Shown: positions 1-8,430 of the stretch, piece by piece | How the letters are laid out: each line of letters starts with the position of its first letter | Position numbering within the stretch: position 1 is the first letter of the stretch | The notes under the pieces: model-generated | Databases searched by the model: none | The model's input: only the letters and a program-made list of their open reading frames with translations | What the model was told of the DNA's origin: nothing | Program-made: the position numbers and the translations under genes | Virus record (IMG/VR): IMGVR_UViG_3300030620_000004 | Span: 1-64,000 of that record | From: a virus | Lineage: Duplodnaviria > Caudoviricetes | Direction: 5' to 3' (one strand) | DNA: 64,000 nt

Positions 1-15
1 ATCCCGGGTTTCCAT
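1..15. repeat. Partial copy of the dispersed palindrome (ATCCCGGGTTTCCAT), cut by the window start
   Basis: Matches the right part of the ATGGAWCCCGGGWTTCCAT motif found at 7 other sites. Confidence 0.8.
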
Positions 16-55
16 GAATCGCAGAGGCCCCGCCATCAGGAGGGGAAACCTGGAC

Positions 56-165
56 GGGGCCGCTGCAGAGTGCATCGACGCAAGTTCTACAGCGGAATGG
101 GAATGGGCTGCGTTCGCCCAGCGCTCTAGATGCCCTGCTTCAATGGGGCCGCTGTAGAACTTGCG
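56..165 (-). CRISPR. Degenerate single-spacer mini-array / crRNA mimic with type I-G (I-U)-like repeats
   Basis: Minus strand reads ...CAAGTTCTACAGCGGCCCCATTGAAGC (165-137), then a 37-nt spacer (136-100), then CATTCCGCTGTAGA...TCTGCAGCGGCCCC (99-56). A CCGC..GCGGCCCCATTGAAGC ending is typical of I-G repeats. Confidence 0.6.
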
Positions 166-188
166 CACAACCCCATCATACCTCACCG

Positions 189-464
189 TCACTCATCAGG
201 CAGGTCGAGCGCGGCTCTGAGCGCAGCGTCCCTGCCTTCGAGCAACTTGCGCAAAGAGGTATCCCGCTCGTCGCCCTTCGGCAACGTCAACACCGAGAAC
301 GCCAGTTGCTCGAACGCGACTGACACCTTGCACAGCGGTGGCTGCAAGTGGTCCGACTTGAAATGGCGCATGATGGGCTCGCCAAGCGCCGCATAAGTCT
401 CGGGGCGGAGCACGTAGTCTGGGGGCTCTCTCGGGTCGATTTGGGGCTCCTCGGGGTCGGTCAT
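189..464 (-). CDS. Small conserved phage protein, possibly an Acb2/Tad1-like helical hairpin (anti-defence candidate)
   Basis: HLQPPLCKVSVAFEQLA...LPKGDERDTSLRKLLEGRDAALRA resembles a recurrent phage motif (HLP..L..VS..F..LA...LP...ER..ALRKLLEAKDAAVRA). Confidence 0.5.
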   Translation of the reverse strand: MTDPEEPQIDPREPPDYVLRPETYAALGEPIMRHFKSDHLQPPLCKVSVAFEQLAFSVLTLPKGDERDTSLRKLLEGRDAALRAALDLPDE

Positions 465-529
465 GGGCCATGATAGCGCCCATGCCCGAAAGTCTTCCCC
501 AGCGGTCGCCTAGGGGCAGGAATCGGGCC

Positions 530-2287
530 TCAACGGGCCGACACCATCGCGACCCCGCCCTGGCCAGGGCGGGGCTTGCTCAAGGCCCCCGATTGGCGCG
601 CTTGCTCGCGCGCAAGCCAGCTGCTCATGAGCTCGTCGCCCGTGTGCTTGTTCGGATCGTAATAGAGCATCGAGTCGATCCAGCGTTGCACTGCCTCATG
701 CACGCCCCCAATCGGGTCGTTCGGAATGAGCCAGATGCCGCCTTCGATCTCGATAAACATGCTCTCAACGCCGTGTTCCTTGTTGCTCTTGTTTTTGCCC
801 GTCGGCACGCCACGGATCGGAAGGCTCTTGTTGCGCTCGCGAGCCCACTGCCTGAGGAAGTCCTGCGCCGCGTTGTTCTCGACCCGGATGATTGAGCCGT
901 ACGCCTCGAAGTGCATCGTCAACAGGTCGATGACGGTCGAGCCATCGTAGCGCCCCGAGTCGATCCGAAGGATGCGCCGGTACTGGTCGGGCAGCACAGC
1001 AAAGGTGAACAGGCTCGTTCGGTTGTTGCTCTTGCGCTTGCCGACGGCAAGGTCGACGCCCGTGAACGTGCGCCCCTGCGTCGTCGGGTCCCACTTCGCA
1101 GTGAACGTGAAGATGTCCCGCTTGCGCGCCTCTTCCTTGCAGGCTTCGATCCAAGCGACCTTCACCTTGCTGTCCTCATCCGAGCGGCATTGGCACCGAT
1201 ACAGCTGGTTGTATTCAGCCATCGCCGTCCGGTAGTCGCTTCGCAGCCGCTCAATCTCGGGGCGCCCGTAGCGCTCGGGCCACAGCGGCACAGCGTCGTA
1301 GCGGTCGACGAACTCGGCAGTGCGGCGCTCAGGCGGGAGGTGCCGCTGGTCCGGGTCGTAGCGGGGGTGGTCGTGCGCAACGAGCCGGTACGACTTGCCC
1401 TTGGTGTCGCCCACGAACTCGTCGTCAGGAAAGTCCACCAGACTCGGGCGGATGTCGTCGCAGTCGAAGACGCCCTCGGCCGGCAACAGCGCTCCGTCGA
1501 CAAGGTCCGTCTCGCACGTGTTCGTCAAGTAGATGTTGCCGTCGATATCCATTGTGATCGTCGGCCACCCCGCTTTCTCGAGCGTGTACGTCAAGTCGTT
1601 CGGGTCCCACGGCGTGTTGGTCACCACGAGCTTCGTTCCGTGGATGTCGCGCCGGCTGAGCACGGTCGAGTTGAACCAGCGATTGACATCGAGAATCTGT
1701 TCCTTCGTGCCTGTGTTCTCTTCGGTCAGCAAGTCATCGACGAGAATCCAGTTCAAGCGAGCACCGGGCAGCTTCGCGTGGAAACCCACCGCCGCCAGCG
1801 ATGGGTCGCGAATGCCTTGCGGGCGCTGCACCGTGATGCGACTCTGCGTCCACGGGTCCTTGATGTCGGGAGACTGCTGCAGTTCTGGATACACCAGACG
1901 CAGTTCGGGGCTGCTCTCGATGTAGTCGCTCACCATGCTGAGCGGCTTCTGTGCCTGCCCCTGGCTCGCCGAGATGATGACTCCGCGCGTCGTCGCATTC
2001 TTGCCGAGCAAGTACATCGAGAGCCCCGCCATCATGTAGCTCTTGCTGAACCCAACTGGCAGCCGAATCACGCACCGATCGAAGTGCTCGACGAACTTGA
2101 AGACCACGCGCTGAAACGGCAAGCACTCGATGCGCTCGCGCGACGTCTCCTCGCGCACGACGAACGAGAAAAAATCCCGCGAATTGCGGCGAGCCTGCTT
2201 CGCAAGCCGCAACACCTTGTCCTTCGCCTGCTCCAACAACTGGACCTTGCGAGCGTGTGAAGCGAAGCCTGATTCGTTCACCTGCAT
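530..2287 (-). CDS. terL: Terminase large subunit
   Basis: ATPase with divergent Walker A (PVGFSKS) and Walker B (ILVDD), LWPERY motif, RNase H-like nuclease GVDLA, C-terminal HTGDELMS. Start at 2287 (MQVNE) fits downstream of the 2298 stop. Confidence 0.9.
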   Translation of the reverse strand: MQVNESGFASHARKVQLLEQAKDKVLRLAKQARRNSRDFFSFVVREETSRERIECLPFQRVVFKFVEHFDRCVIRLPVGFSKSYMMAGLSMYLLGKNATTRGVIISASQGQAQKPLSMVSDYIESSPELRLVYPELQQSPDIKDPWTQSRITVQRPQGIRDPSLAAVGFHAKLPGARLNWILVDDLLTEENTGTKEQILDVNRWFNSTVLSRRDIHGTKLVVTNTPWDPNDLTYTLEKAGWPTITMDIDGNIYLTNTCETDLVDGALLPAEGVFDCDDIRPSLVDFPDDEFVGDTKGKSYRLVAHDHPRYDPDQRHLPPERRTAEFVDRYDAVPLWPERYGRPEIERLRSDYRTAMAEYNQLYRCQCRSDEDSKVKVAWIEACKEEARKRDIFTFTAKWDPTTQGRTFTGVDLAVGKRKSNNRTSLFTFAVLPDQYRRILRIDSGRYDGSTVIDLLTMHFEAYGSIIRVENNAAQDFLRQWARERNKSLPIRGVPTGKNKSNKEHGVESMFIEIEGGIWLIPNDPIGGVHEAVQRWIDSMLYYDPNKHTGDELMSSWLAREQARQSGALSKPRPGQGGVAMVSAR

Positions 2288-2297
2288 CAGGAGCCTT

Positions 2298-2975
2298 TCA
2301 CTCGGCAGCTGCGAGCACCTGAAACACTTCCTCACCCTCGGTCAAGAACGCCTCAAGGTCGTCCTCGCTCATCGACCCGAGCACCTGCGTCAGTGCGTCA
2401 CGCACCGCTTCGTTCGCGTCCAGCACGCTCACGCGAATCGGCGCCATCGTCCCTTCGATCTTGGAGAGCAGGGATTCGTGGCTGTTGATGTCGCGCCACT
2501 TCTTCTCACGCTGCGCTCGCATCAACCCGAGGTCCCGTCGCAGCCGCACGATGGCCTCTGCTCTCGCGTAGCTCGCACCCTCCTCGCTGTCCTTGCGCCA
2601 CGCGGACTGAATCTCATGCACGAAGAACCGCGTCTGCGTCGCGCTCATCAGGTACCGGTCTTCGCACTGCCGCACGATGTCGCTCACGGGCACCCCGCCC
2701 ATCATCATCGCCAGCACCACCCTGCGCCGGCCATGGGCAACATCAGGCGGAGTCTTGCCCGACTCGAAGACCCCTCGCAGATTCACCCCCGTCTCGGGGT
2801 CGGTTTCAGCTGCACCCCGGTCAGTCCGTTCGAGCTTCCCAATGTGGGCATAGCCGTTGCGCGGCGTGGAGACGGGCTTGCCGTCAGAGCCCGCAAACGG
2901 CTTTGCGCGCAGTGTTCGTTTGGGCCCGCTGCGCTTCCTCGACGTGGCGGTTCCGCCTTTCTCTGGACGGCTCAT
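2298..2975 (-). CDS. Putative terminase small subunit
   Basis: Immediately upstream of terL; HTH-like segment followed by helical oligomerisation region. Confidence 0.55.
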   Translation of the reverse strand: MSRPEKGGTATSRKRSGPKRTLRAKPFAGSDGKPVSTPRNGYAHIGKLERTDRGAAETDPETGVNLRGVFESGKTPPDVAHGRRRVVLAMMMGGVPVSDIVRQCEDRYLMSATQTRFFVHEIQSAWRKDSEEGASYARAEAIVRLRRDLGLMRAQREKKWRDINSHESLLSKIEGTMAPIRVSVLDANEAVRDALTQVLGSMSEDDLEAFLTEGEEVFQVLAAAE

Positions 2976-3237
2976 TTAGGGGAGTGTGACATACTTTTTG
3001 CAGTCTCTGCAACCCGCGAGCAGCCGCTGGCCCGTACACGAGCCACGTCGTCTTGCCTTCGCGATAGGTCCGCATGCCCTTGATCGTGTCTCGAATCGCA
3101 AGCAGCCAACGGTCAGCAGTAGGCAGCGACTTGCCTGTACACCTCGCAATGGTCGTGCGGCTGTGCATCGTCCCCTTGAGCAAGTCGTCGACGAGCAGAA
3201 GCATCTGAAAGTTCGTGCATGCCCATCGATCTTTCAT
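2884..3237 (-). CDS. Hypothetical HTH-type DNA-binding protein
   Basis: SRTTIARCTGKSLPTADRWL is HTH-like; ATGA overlap with the upstream gene at 3234-3237. Confidence 0.45.
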   Translation of the reverse strand: MKDRWACTNFQMLLLVDDLLKGTMHSRTTIARCTGKSLPTADRWLLAIRDTIKGMRTYREGKTTWLVYGPAAARGLQRLQKVCHTPLNEPSRERRNRHVEEAQRAQTNTARKAVCGL

Positions 3238-3551
3238 CCGCGACGCTTCCTTGCCTTCCGCCGAGCTTGGCAGGTTCGAAGAAAGGCTGTGAGCGCCAAG
3301 AGCGCGATGCGATCTGCAATCTCGACGACTGCGTCTGGGTTCGTCATGCCGAGCTCGGCGCGCTTGGCTGCCGTCTCCTCCCAATACCACCGGGCGTTGC
3401 GCTCGAAGGTTCCACGCTCGTCGAGGAAGAGCCAGCCTTCACGCGACTCGAGCACGCCTTCAACCGTCACCTTGAGCACACCCTTGAGCACGTCGAACCG
3501 CACCTTGGTCTCGACCCGCTCAGGCGCCGACGTCGGCGTGTCCGTGCGCAT
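3234..3551 (-). CDS. Hypothetical protein
   Basis: ORF coupled to its neighbours (MRTDTPT...). Confidence 0.5.
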   Translation of the reverse strand: MRTDTPTSAPERVETKVRFDVLKGVLKVTVEGVLESREGWLFLDERGTFERNARWYWEETAAKRAELGMTNPDAVVEIADRIALLALTAFLRTCQARRKARKRRG

Positions 3552-3945
3552 GGGCAGCCTCCTGACTGAATAGCGGTGCGGCCTTGTAGGCACGGGACGC
3601 GTAGGCCCCGTGACTAACGCGCTGAACTCCCCCGTCCTGGAACAGGCGCAGCAAGGTGACGCGCATAGTTGGCACCTTGACGTCGTCGCCGACCGCCAAG
3701 GCGGCCTCTGGCGCAGAGTAGACACGCGTCGGATTCGCATCCAGCATCGCCAGCGCGCGTTCGCGGATTGACGGCCCATCGCTCCTGGCTGCGGCCTCAG
3801 CTGTGTATTCTCCGGCCATCAGCTTGGACAGGGTGTCGTTCAGTTCACGGAGACGCCGCTGAAGCGGCAACAGCTCCTGCTCGACCGCGACAATCTCGCG
3901 CATCAACTGCTTGGCCTGCTCCTGGTGCACGACGAGGGCTTTCAC
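3520..3945 (-). CDS. Coiled-coil plus winged-helix-like protein
   Basis: N-terminal coiled coil; C-terminal SAPEAA...TMRVTLLRLFQDGGVQRVSHGAY is wHTH-like. Confidence 0.55.
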   Translation of the reverse strand: MKALVVHQEQAKQLMREIVAVEQELLPLQRRLRELNDTLSKLMAGEYTAEAAARSDGPSIRERALAMLDANPTRVYSAPEAALAVGDDVKVPTMRVTLLRLFQDGGVQRVSHGAYASRAYKAAPLFSQEAAHAHGHADVGA

Positions 3946-4310
3946 GCTTGCGCAGCTCCGTTGCGTTGCGCAAGCCTGCCGAACTTGAAACTGATGAAGA
4001 GCTCCTCGATTGCAGCCTGCACAATCTTGCGCTCTTGCTCGCTACTGAGCTCCAACACCGTCGGCTTCTCGTGACACAACCGAATGAGGGCGTGGAGCAT
4101 CCCTTCAACTGCAAGCCACTGCTGCGACGAAAACACAACCTGCCGCAGCGCACACGGGCGGGCCTGGGCATGCTCCACCATCGCGAACACGCACAGGCAT
4201 GCAGTCGAGAGCTCGGACGGCACGCAGTTGTGCTCGACCGCCAGCGTCGCCGCCATGAACGCAGCGCCGTCGAGCACGCTGATTTCGTCCTTGCTCAACA
4301 CCAGCTGCAT
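3942..4310 (-). CDS. Hypothetical protein
   Basis: 4-bp overlap with the downstream gene; helical. Confidence 0.55.
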   Translation of the reverse strand: MQLVLSKDEISVLDGAAFMAATLAVEHNCVPSELSTACLCVFAMVEHAQARPCALRQVVFSSQQWLAVEGMLHALIRLCHEKPTVLELSSEQERKIVQAAIEELFISFKFGRLAQRNGAAQA

Positions 4311-4313
4311 GCT

Positions 4314-4805
4314 TCAGGCCCAGCCTTCCTGGGCTATCAGCTTCAGCAGTTGCGCCGCGGACTCATGAGCGGTCATCCGGTGCCACGGGCGATTCTCTAA
4401 AACTGCCACGAGCTCACACGGCGAAAGCCCACCACGCTCTGCGAGTCTCTCGAGCGATTGCGAGTGGTTGGCCTTAGCCTGCGCCTCGTGCTCCACGACG
4501 AGCGACCAAGGAACCGACGACGGTACCCGTATTAGGCGAAAGGCCTCTTCACCCTGCGCCATCACTGGAAACGGACGGCTGTCCCAAGTTCCGGCGAGCA
4601 CGCTTGCGGGGTCTGCCCGGGTAGCGAGCAGATGACGATACAGATTCTGAGCTTCAACAACACTACACCCGCCGCAGGCTTCCTGCGGGTGACACTCTCC
4701 GATGAACCATCCGCGACCACCGCAGCTACAGTCACGGGTAATCCCGAGTTCCTTCGCGAACGCATCGAAGGTCATCAGGCCCAGCCTTCCTTTTCTGCGA
4801 ACCAC
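4314..4805 (-). CDS. Conserved phage hypothetical protein
   Basis: NHSQSLERLAERGGLSPCELVAVLENRPW motif recalled from phage hypotheticals; Cys-rich N-terminus. Confidence 0.55.
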   Translation of the reverse strand: MVRRKGRLGLMTFDAFAKELGITRDCSCGGRGWFIGECHPQEACGGCSVVEAQNLYRHLLATRADPASVLAGTWDSRPFPVMAQGEEAFRLIRVPSSVPWSLVVEHEAQAKANHSQSLERLAERGGLSPCELVAVLENRPWHRMTAHESAAQLLKLIAQEGWA

Positions 4806-4993
4806 TCCTGCACGACGAGCTTGCCGCTCGAGCCGTCCTTGTACACCTCGGAGTCGTCGTGCACCACTGACTTGGGAACCCAGAACGTCCTGCCAGTGCC
4901 CGACACTCTCAGCTTCAACGCCGCCGTGCTCTCGCCAACGCAGACGACAGGCTCGGCGTACTCATAGCCCTCGGCATTGCTCACGCGGGACAC
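4775..4993 (-). CDS. Small conserved phage protein
   Basis: FWVPKSVVHDDSEV...GKLVVQEWFAEKEG motif. Confidence 0.55.
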   Translation of the reverse strand: MSRVSNAEGYEYAEPVVCVGESTAALKLRVSGTGRTFWVPKSVVHDDSEVYKDGSSGKLVVQEWFAEKEGWA

Positions 4994-5520
4994 TGGTACT
5001 TGCCTCCAATGAGGAAGACCTCGCCGGCCTCGACGAGCGGCCCAAACACGTCGACTTCAATCAGTGCCCGTAGCTGCTTCAACACTTCCTCTGTCGCTGG
5101 CAGCCCTTGGTAATTCGAAAACTGTTCAGTCATCGACGGCAGCATCTTCGCTTCACACCGAGGCACATCCTCGCGGCTCGCCCACCTGTAGGGGTCCGCA
5201 CGGCAGTCGAACAAGGTATCGACTAACCGCACGATGAACGGCAGAGTCTCGCTCGACGGCAGCTCCAACACAGCCTTGCTCCGACGCCCACGCACTTCCT
5301 CGAGCTCTAGTGATGCCCGTTGCTCTTCGAGCTCAGCCTTGCGCCGCTGCGCTTTGAGCAACCCGATACGCTCGCGTGCTTCCTCCGCCGAGAGCTCGGC
5401 CATGACGCGTTGCTGATCTTGCGTCTGCTGTGCGAGTCTGCGCAATTGCTCGGTCGCTTCCGCCTGCTTCAACGCCTGCTGCCGTTGCGCGGCGCGGTGA
5501 GGGTCTTTGGGGTCTGCCAT
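4981..5520 (-). CDS. Hypothetical coiled-coil protein
   Basis: ATG preceded by a TATCAT -10-like box. Confidence 0.6.
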   Translation of the reverse strand: MADPKDPHRAAQRQQALKQAEATEQLRRLAQQTQDQQRVMAELSAEEARERIGLLKAQRRKAELEEQRASLELEEVRGRRSKAVLELPSSETLPFIVRLVDTLFDCRADPYRWASREDVPRCEAKMLPSMTEQFSNYQGLPATEEVLKQLRALIEVDVFGPLVEAGEVFLIGGKYQCPA

Positions 5521-5525
5521 ACCCC

Positions 5526-5536
5526 ATGATACCGCT
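5526..5536 (-). promoter_or_regulatory. Putative -10 element AGCGGTATCAT (identical copy at 28608-28618; TATCAT also at 470-475)
   Basis: Identical 11-mer just upstream of two minus-strand start codons. Confidence 0.4.
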
Positions 5537-5551
5537 CCTCACTGGGGGCTG

Positions 5552-5579
5552 GTCAATGGAATCCCGGGATTCCATTGAC
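5552..5579. repeat. 28-bp perfect palindrome GTCAATGGAATCCCGGGATTCCATTGAC
   Basis: Read directly; intergenic. Confidence 0.95.
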
Positions 5580-5584
5580 GGGCG

Positions 5585-5857
5585 TTACCGCACCGCTGCT
5601 TCCTCTGCAAGCTTGGTCAGGTCGACGCCGTCCGGAATACGATGTCCCGTCACCAGCACCATCAAGTCGAGCGCGATGCCATCGACGAGAAACAGCGGGC
5701 GGCCACCGAAGTGAATCTGATGGTGGCCTCGCATCCGTTCGCGCTTGGCCAACTCGATGAGCTCCCGTGGTGGTGGCCACGCCATGCAGGTGGGCCACCC
5801 CTCAGGTGCGTTCGGTTGGACCTCGGGTGGTGGTGGTGGGGGCAACTCGTCGCTCAC
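5585..5857 (-). CDS. Hypothetical protein
   Basis: GTG start overlapping the upstream stop (GTGA). Confidence 0.5.
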   Translation of the reverse strand: MSDELPPPPPPEVQPNAPEGWPTCMAWPPPRELIELAKRERMRGHHQIHFGGRPLFLVDGIALDLMVLVTGHRIPDGVDLTKLAEEAAVR

Positions 5858-6189
5858 GCAGCAACCCTCGAGCCTCGCACGTCGAGCACGTACGGCTGTC
5901 CGCTGCCCTGCCGCACTCGCTGCACGCTGATGAGCACGAGCGAAGCGTCGAGGTACGCGACGTGCGTGACCTTGGCGTGCAGCCAACGGCCACTGTAGCG
6001 CCCACTCTCGGGGTCGTACTCGCTCAAGCGCAAACCGTCGCCGACCTCTGCCTCGCTGCCGTGCTGGAACACAGCGCGCTGTAGGCCGAGGTTTAGAGCC
6101 TCGAAGGACTCTGCGGGCAATGCGATGTCATGGGTCACGGGCGCCTCCTTCTTTGAGGGCTTGTGACCACAAGGGTATTGCATCGTCAC
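5854..6189 (-). CDS. ASCH/PUA-like (DUF3850-type) domain protein
   Basis: THDIALPAESFEAL..G...EVGDGLRLSEYDPESGRYSGRWLHAKVTHV pattern. Confidence 0.7.
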   Translation of the reverse strand: MTMQYPCGHKPSKKEAPVTHDIALPAESFEALNLGLQRAVFQHGSEAEVGDGLRLSEYDPESGRYSGRWLHAKVTHVAYLDASLVLISVQRVRQGSGQPYVLDVRGSRVAA

Positions 6190-6195
6190 AGGGTG

Positions 6196-8238
6196 TCAAC
6201 TCCCGACCGTCGCCGGCTTATCCAGAAACGGTCCAATCTCGGCAAGATTCCTTGTAATTCTCGTGCCTTTGGGGAACGAGCGAGTGAACGAGCGCCCGTA
6301 CCCTTTCTCGGTGATTCGCGAGTCGAGGATGACAATCACACCCCGGTCCGTCGTCGTACGCAGAAGCCGCCCGCAGCCTTGCCGGAAGGCGATGACGGCC
6401 GCTGGGACCGAGTGCTCGCTGAAGTAGCGAGAGCCGAGCCGGGCTCGCAGCACGTCCTGCAAGGGGTCAGAGATGTTCGGGAACGGCAGCCTGTCGATGA
6501 CGACTTGGCTGAGCGCCTCACCCGGCACGTCGACCCCTGCCCAGAACGATTCGGTGCCGAGCAGCACACTCGACACATCGGCCTTGAACTTCGCGATGAG
6601 CTGCATGCGAGGCAGGGTGCCCTGCTTCAGCACGGTGTACGGCACTCGCCCGCGCAGTGCGGTGTAGGTCGCGTTGAGCACCCGATGACTGGTGAACAGG
6701 CAGAGCGTGCGACCTCTCGCCTGTTCAATCGCCGCAAGCATCCGCTCGGCGACGTCGCTCAGATAGCGGTCGCTTTGCGGCGATGCCATCGGCGGACACA
6801 CGAGCAGCGTGTTGTTCGCGACGTCGAACGGACTGAGCACCGTCATCTTCTCGGCGTCCTTCACGCCGAGCTGCTCGCAGACGTACGAGTAGTCGTCGAC
6901 CTCGGTCGCGAGCGTCGCACTCGTCACCGTCACGCTCTTGACCTTGTGAGGATTCTTCGGTTGGAAGAGCTGCTTGTAGAGGTACCCGCTCACGTCAATC
7001 GGCTTGCCCTTGAGCATGACCTGCTCGCCTTCCTCTTCGAGGTAGAACACCCAGTCGTTGCTCGCGAAGTCCGAAACGAGCGTGATGTACTTCGCCGTCT
7101 CCGCGCACTTCGCCGCAACGTTGTGCAGCTCGAGCGCCCGCTCCGTCGTGATGCCTGGCATGGCTGCCGCCCCTTCGAGCACCGACGCGCTCTTAGCCAA
7201 GAACCCGCACAGCTCGGACGCCTTCGCCCGCAGCGCAGGGTCCCACGCGCGCTCGAACCGAACCTTGTAAGCCTTCGAATGAAACAGCGACGTGACCGCA
7301 GCGAAGAATTCATCCGCCGCCTGCGTCACGTGGTGCTTCAACTCAGAGTCGAGAACGGGCATCGGCCCCTTGCTCGCCTGCGCACTCTGCCGATGGTCGA
7401 GCAGCTTCACTGCGTACGCCACCCCGCCACGACTGATGCGAAACCCGAGAAACCCGCGCGCGTGCTCCGCCGCACTGTGCCCTTCGTCGAACACGACATG
7501 CGTGTACCTCGGCAAGACACCTTCAGCGCCGCCCATCTTCAACACGAGGTCCGCAAAGAAGAGCGAGTAGTTCGTCACCACGACACCCGCATTGCGCACC
7601 CGCGTCCGCGCTCGCATCGCGAAACACTCGCTGTAGTGCGAACACTTCTTCCCCGTGCACTCCTCGCTCATGATGGTGTACCGCTGGCGCACCCCTTGCG
7701 ACGGCTCGAAGGGCAGCTCGCTCACATCCCCCAACGACGTGCGCGCAGCCCACCGCACGACCTCGCTCCACTGCTTCAAGTCGCTCGCTGCAATCGGGCC
7801 CTGCATGATGATCTTGTTCACACTCTCGTCGAACATCGCCTTGCACAGGTAGTTGTTCAACCCCTTCGCCAGCGCATAGGTGAACTTCCACGGCACCACC
7901 TTCTCGATCAACGGCAAGTCCTTGGTGACCAGCTGCTCCTGCAAGGCGATGTTCGCCGTGACAACCACGACGCGCTGCCCGTGGCTCGCGTACCACGTCG
8001 CCGGCACGCCATAGCCCAGACTCTTCCCCGTGCCCGTCGGCGCTTCTGCAACCACGTTGAACCCGTCACGCATCCCATCCTCGACGGCCATCGCAAGTTC
8101 AATCTGCCCGACGCGCGGCTCGTAGCCGGTGAACCGCTTGCTCAGCAAGCCGTCGGCACCGAAGACTTCGCCGATGTAGTCGCGCTCACCCTCAGCAGGC
8201 GCTCGGTCAGGGTCGTCATCGAGCTGGGTCCAATCCAC
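6196..8238 (-). CDS. dinG: DinG/YoaA-family Fe-S ATP-dependent helicase
   Basis: EAPTGTGKS, DEGH, four Fe-S cysteines (YLC; ECTGKKC..EC), LFTSH, FWAGVDVPG, FRQGCGRLLR. Confidence 0.92.
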   Translation of the reverse strand: MDWTQLDDDPDRAPAEGERDYIGEVFGADGLLSKRFTGYEPRVGQIELAMAVEDGMRDGFNVVAEAPTGTGKSLGYGVPATWYASHGQRVVVVTANIALQEQLVTKDLPLIEKVVPWKFTYALAKGLNNYLCKAMFDESVNKIIMQGPIAASDLKQWSEVVRWAARTSLGDVSELPFEPSQGVRQRYTIMSEECTGKKCSHYSECFAMRARTRVRNAGVVVTNYSLFFADLVLKMGGAEGVLPRYTHVVFDEGHSAAEHARGFLGFRISRGGVAYAVKLLDHRQSAQASKGPMPVLDSELKHHVTQAADEFFAAVTSLFHSKAYKVRFERAWDPALRAKASELCGFLAKSASVLEGAAAMPGITTERALELHNVAAKCAETAKYITLVSDFASNDWVFYLEEEGEQVMLKGKPIDVSGYLYKQLFQPKNPHKVKSVTVTSATLATEVDDYSYVCEQLGVKDAEKMTVLSPFDVANNTLLVCPPMASPQSDRYLSDVAERMLAAIEQARGRTLCLFTSHRVLNATYTALRGRVPYTVLKQGTLPRMQLIAKFKADVSSVLLGTESFWAGVDVPGEALSQVVIDRLPFPNISDPLQDVLRARLGSRYFSEHSVPAAVIAFRQGCGRLLRTTTDRGVIVILDSRITEKGYGRSFTRSFPKGTRITRNLAEIGPFLDKPATVGS

Positions 8239-8241
8239 GCC

Positions 8242-8430
8242 CTATGATGCCGCCAGGTCGAGCTCGCCATCGCCCCGAAGACTGACACGACCCTGGGCAT
8301 CCTCGTACATCTCGCGGCACTTGCCGAGATGCTCCTCGCACAGCGGGCTCTGCCACTCGTTGGTCTCAGCCAACGCAGGCTTGCCGCACCGCCCGACGGG
8401 CATCGTGAACACGCAAGACGCGGTGCTCAT
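8242..8430 (-). CDS. Small Cys/His-rich protein
   Basis: C..C..C..H pattern; coupled to its neighbours. Confidence 0.45.
   Translation of the reverse strand: MSTASCVFTMPVGRCGKPALAETNEWQSPLCEEHLGKCREMYEDAQGRVSLRGDGELDLAAS

Noticed and set aside
6196-8238. DinG as part of a type IV CRISPR-Cas locus
   Set aside because: No csf or cas genes are recognisable anywhere in the window.
6163-8247. Long plus-strand ORFs (also 911-2260, 19147-20604, 52015-53973, 60192-61712 and others)
   Set aside because: Antisense shadows of well-supported minus-strand genes in GC-rich DNA; Arg/His-rich with no motifs.
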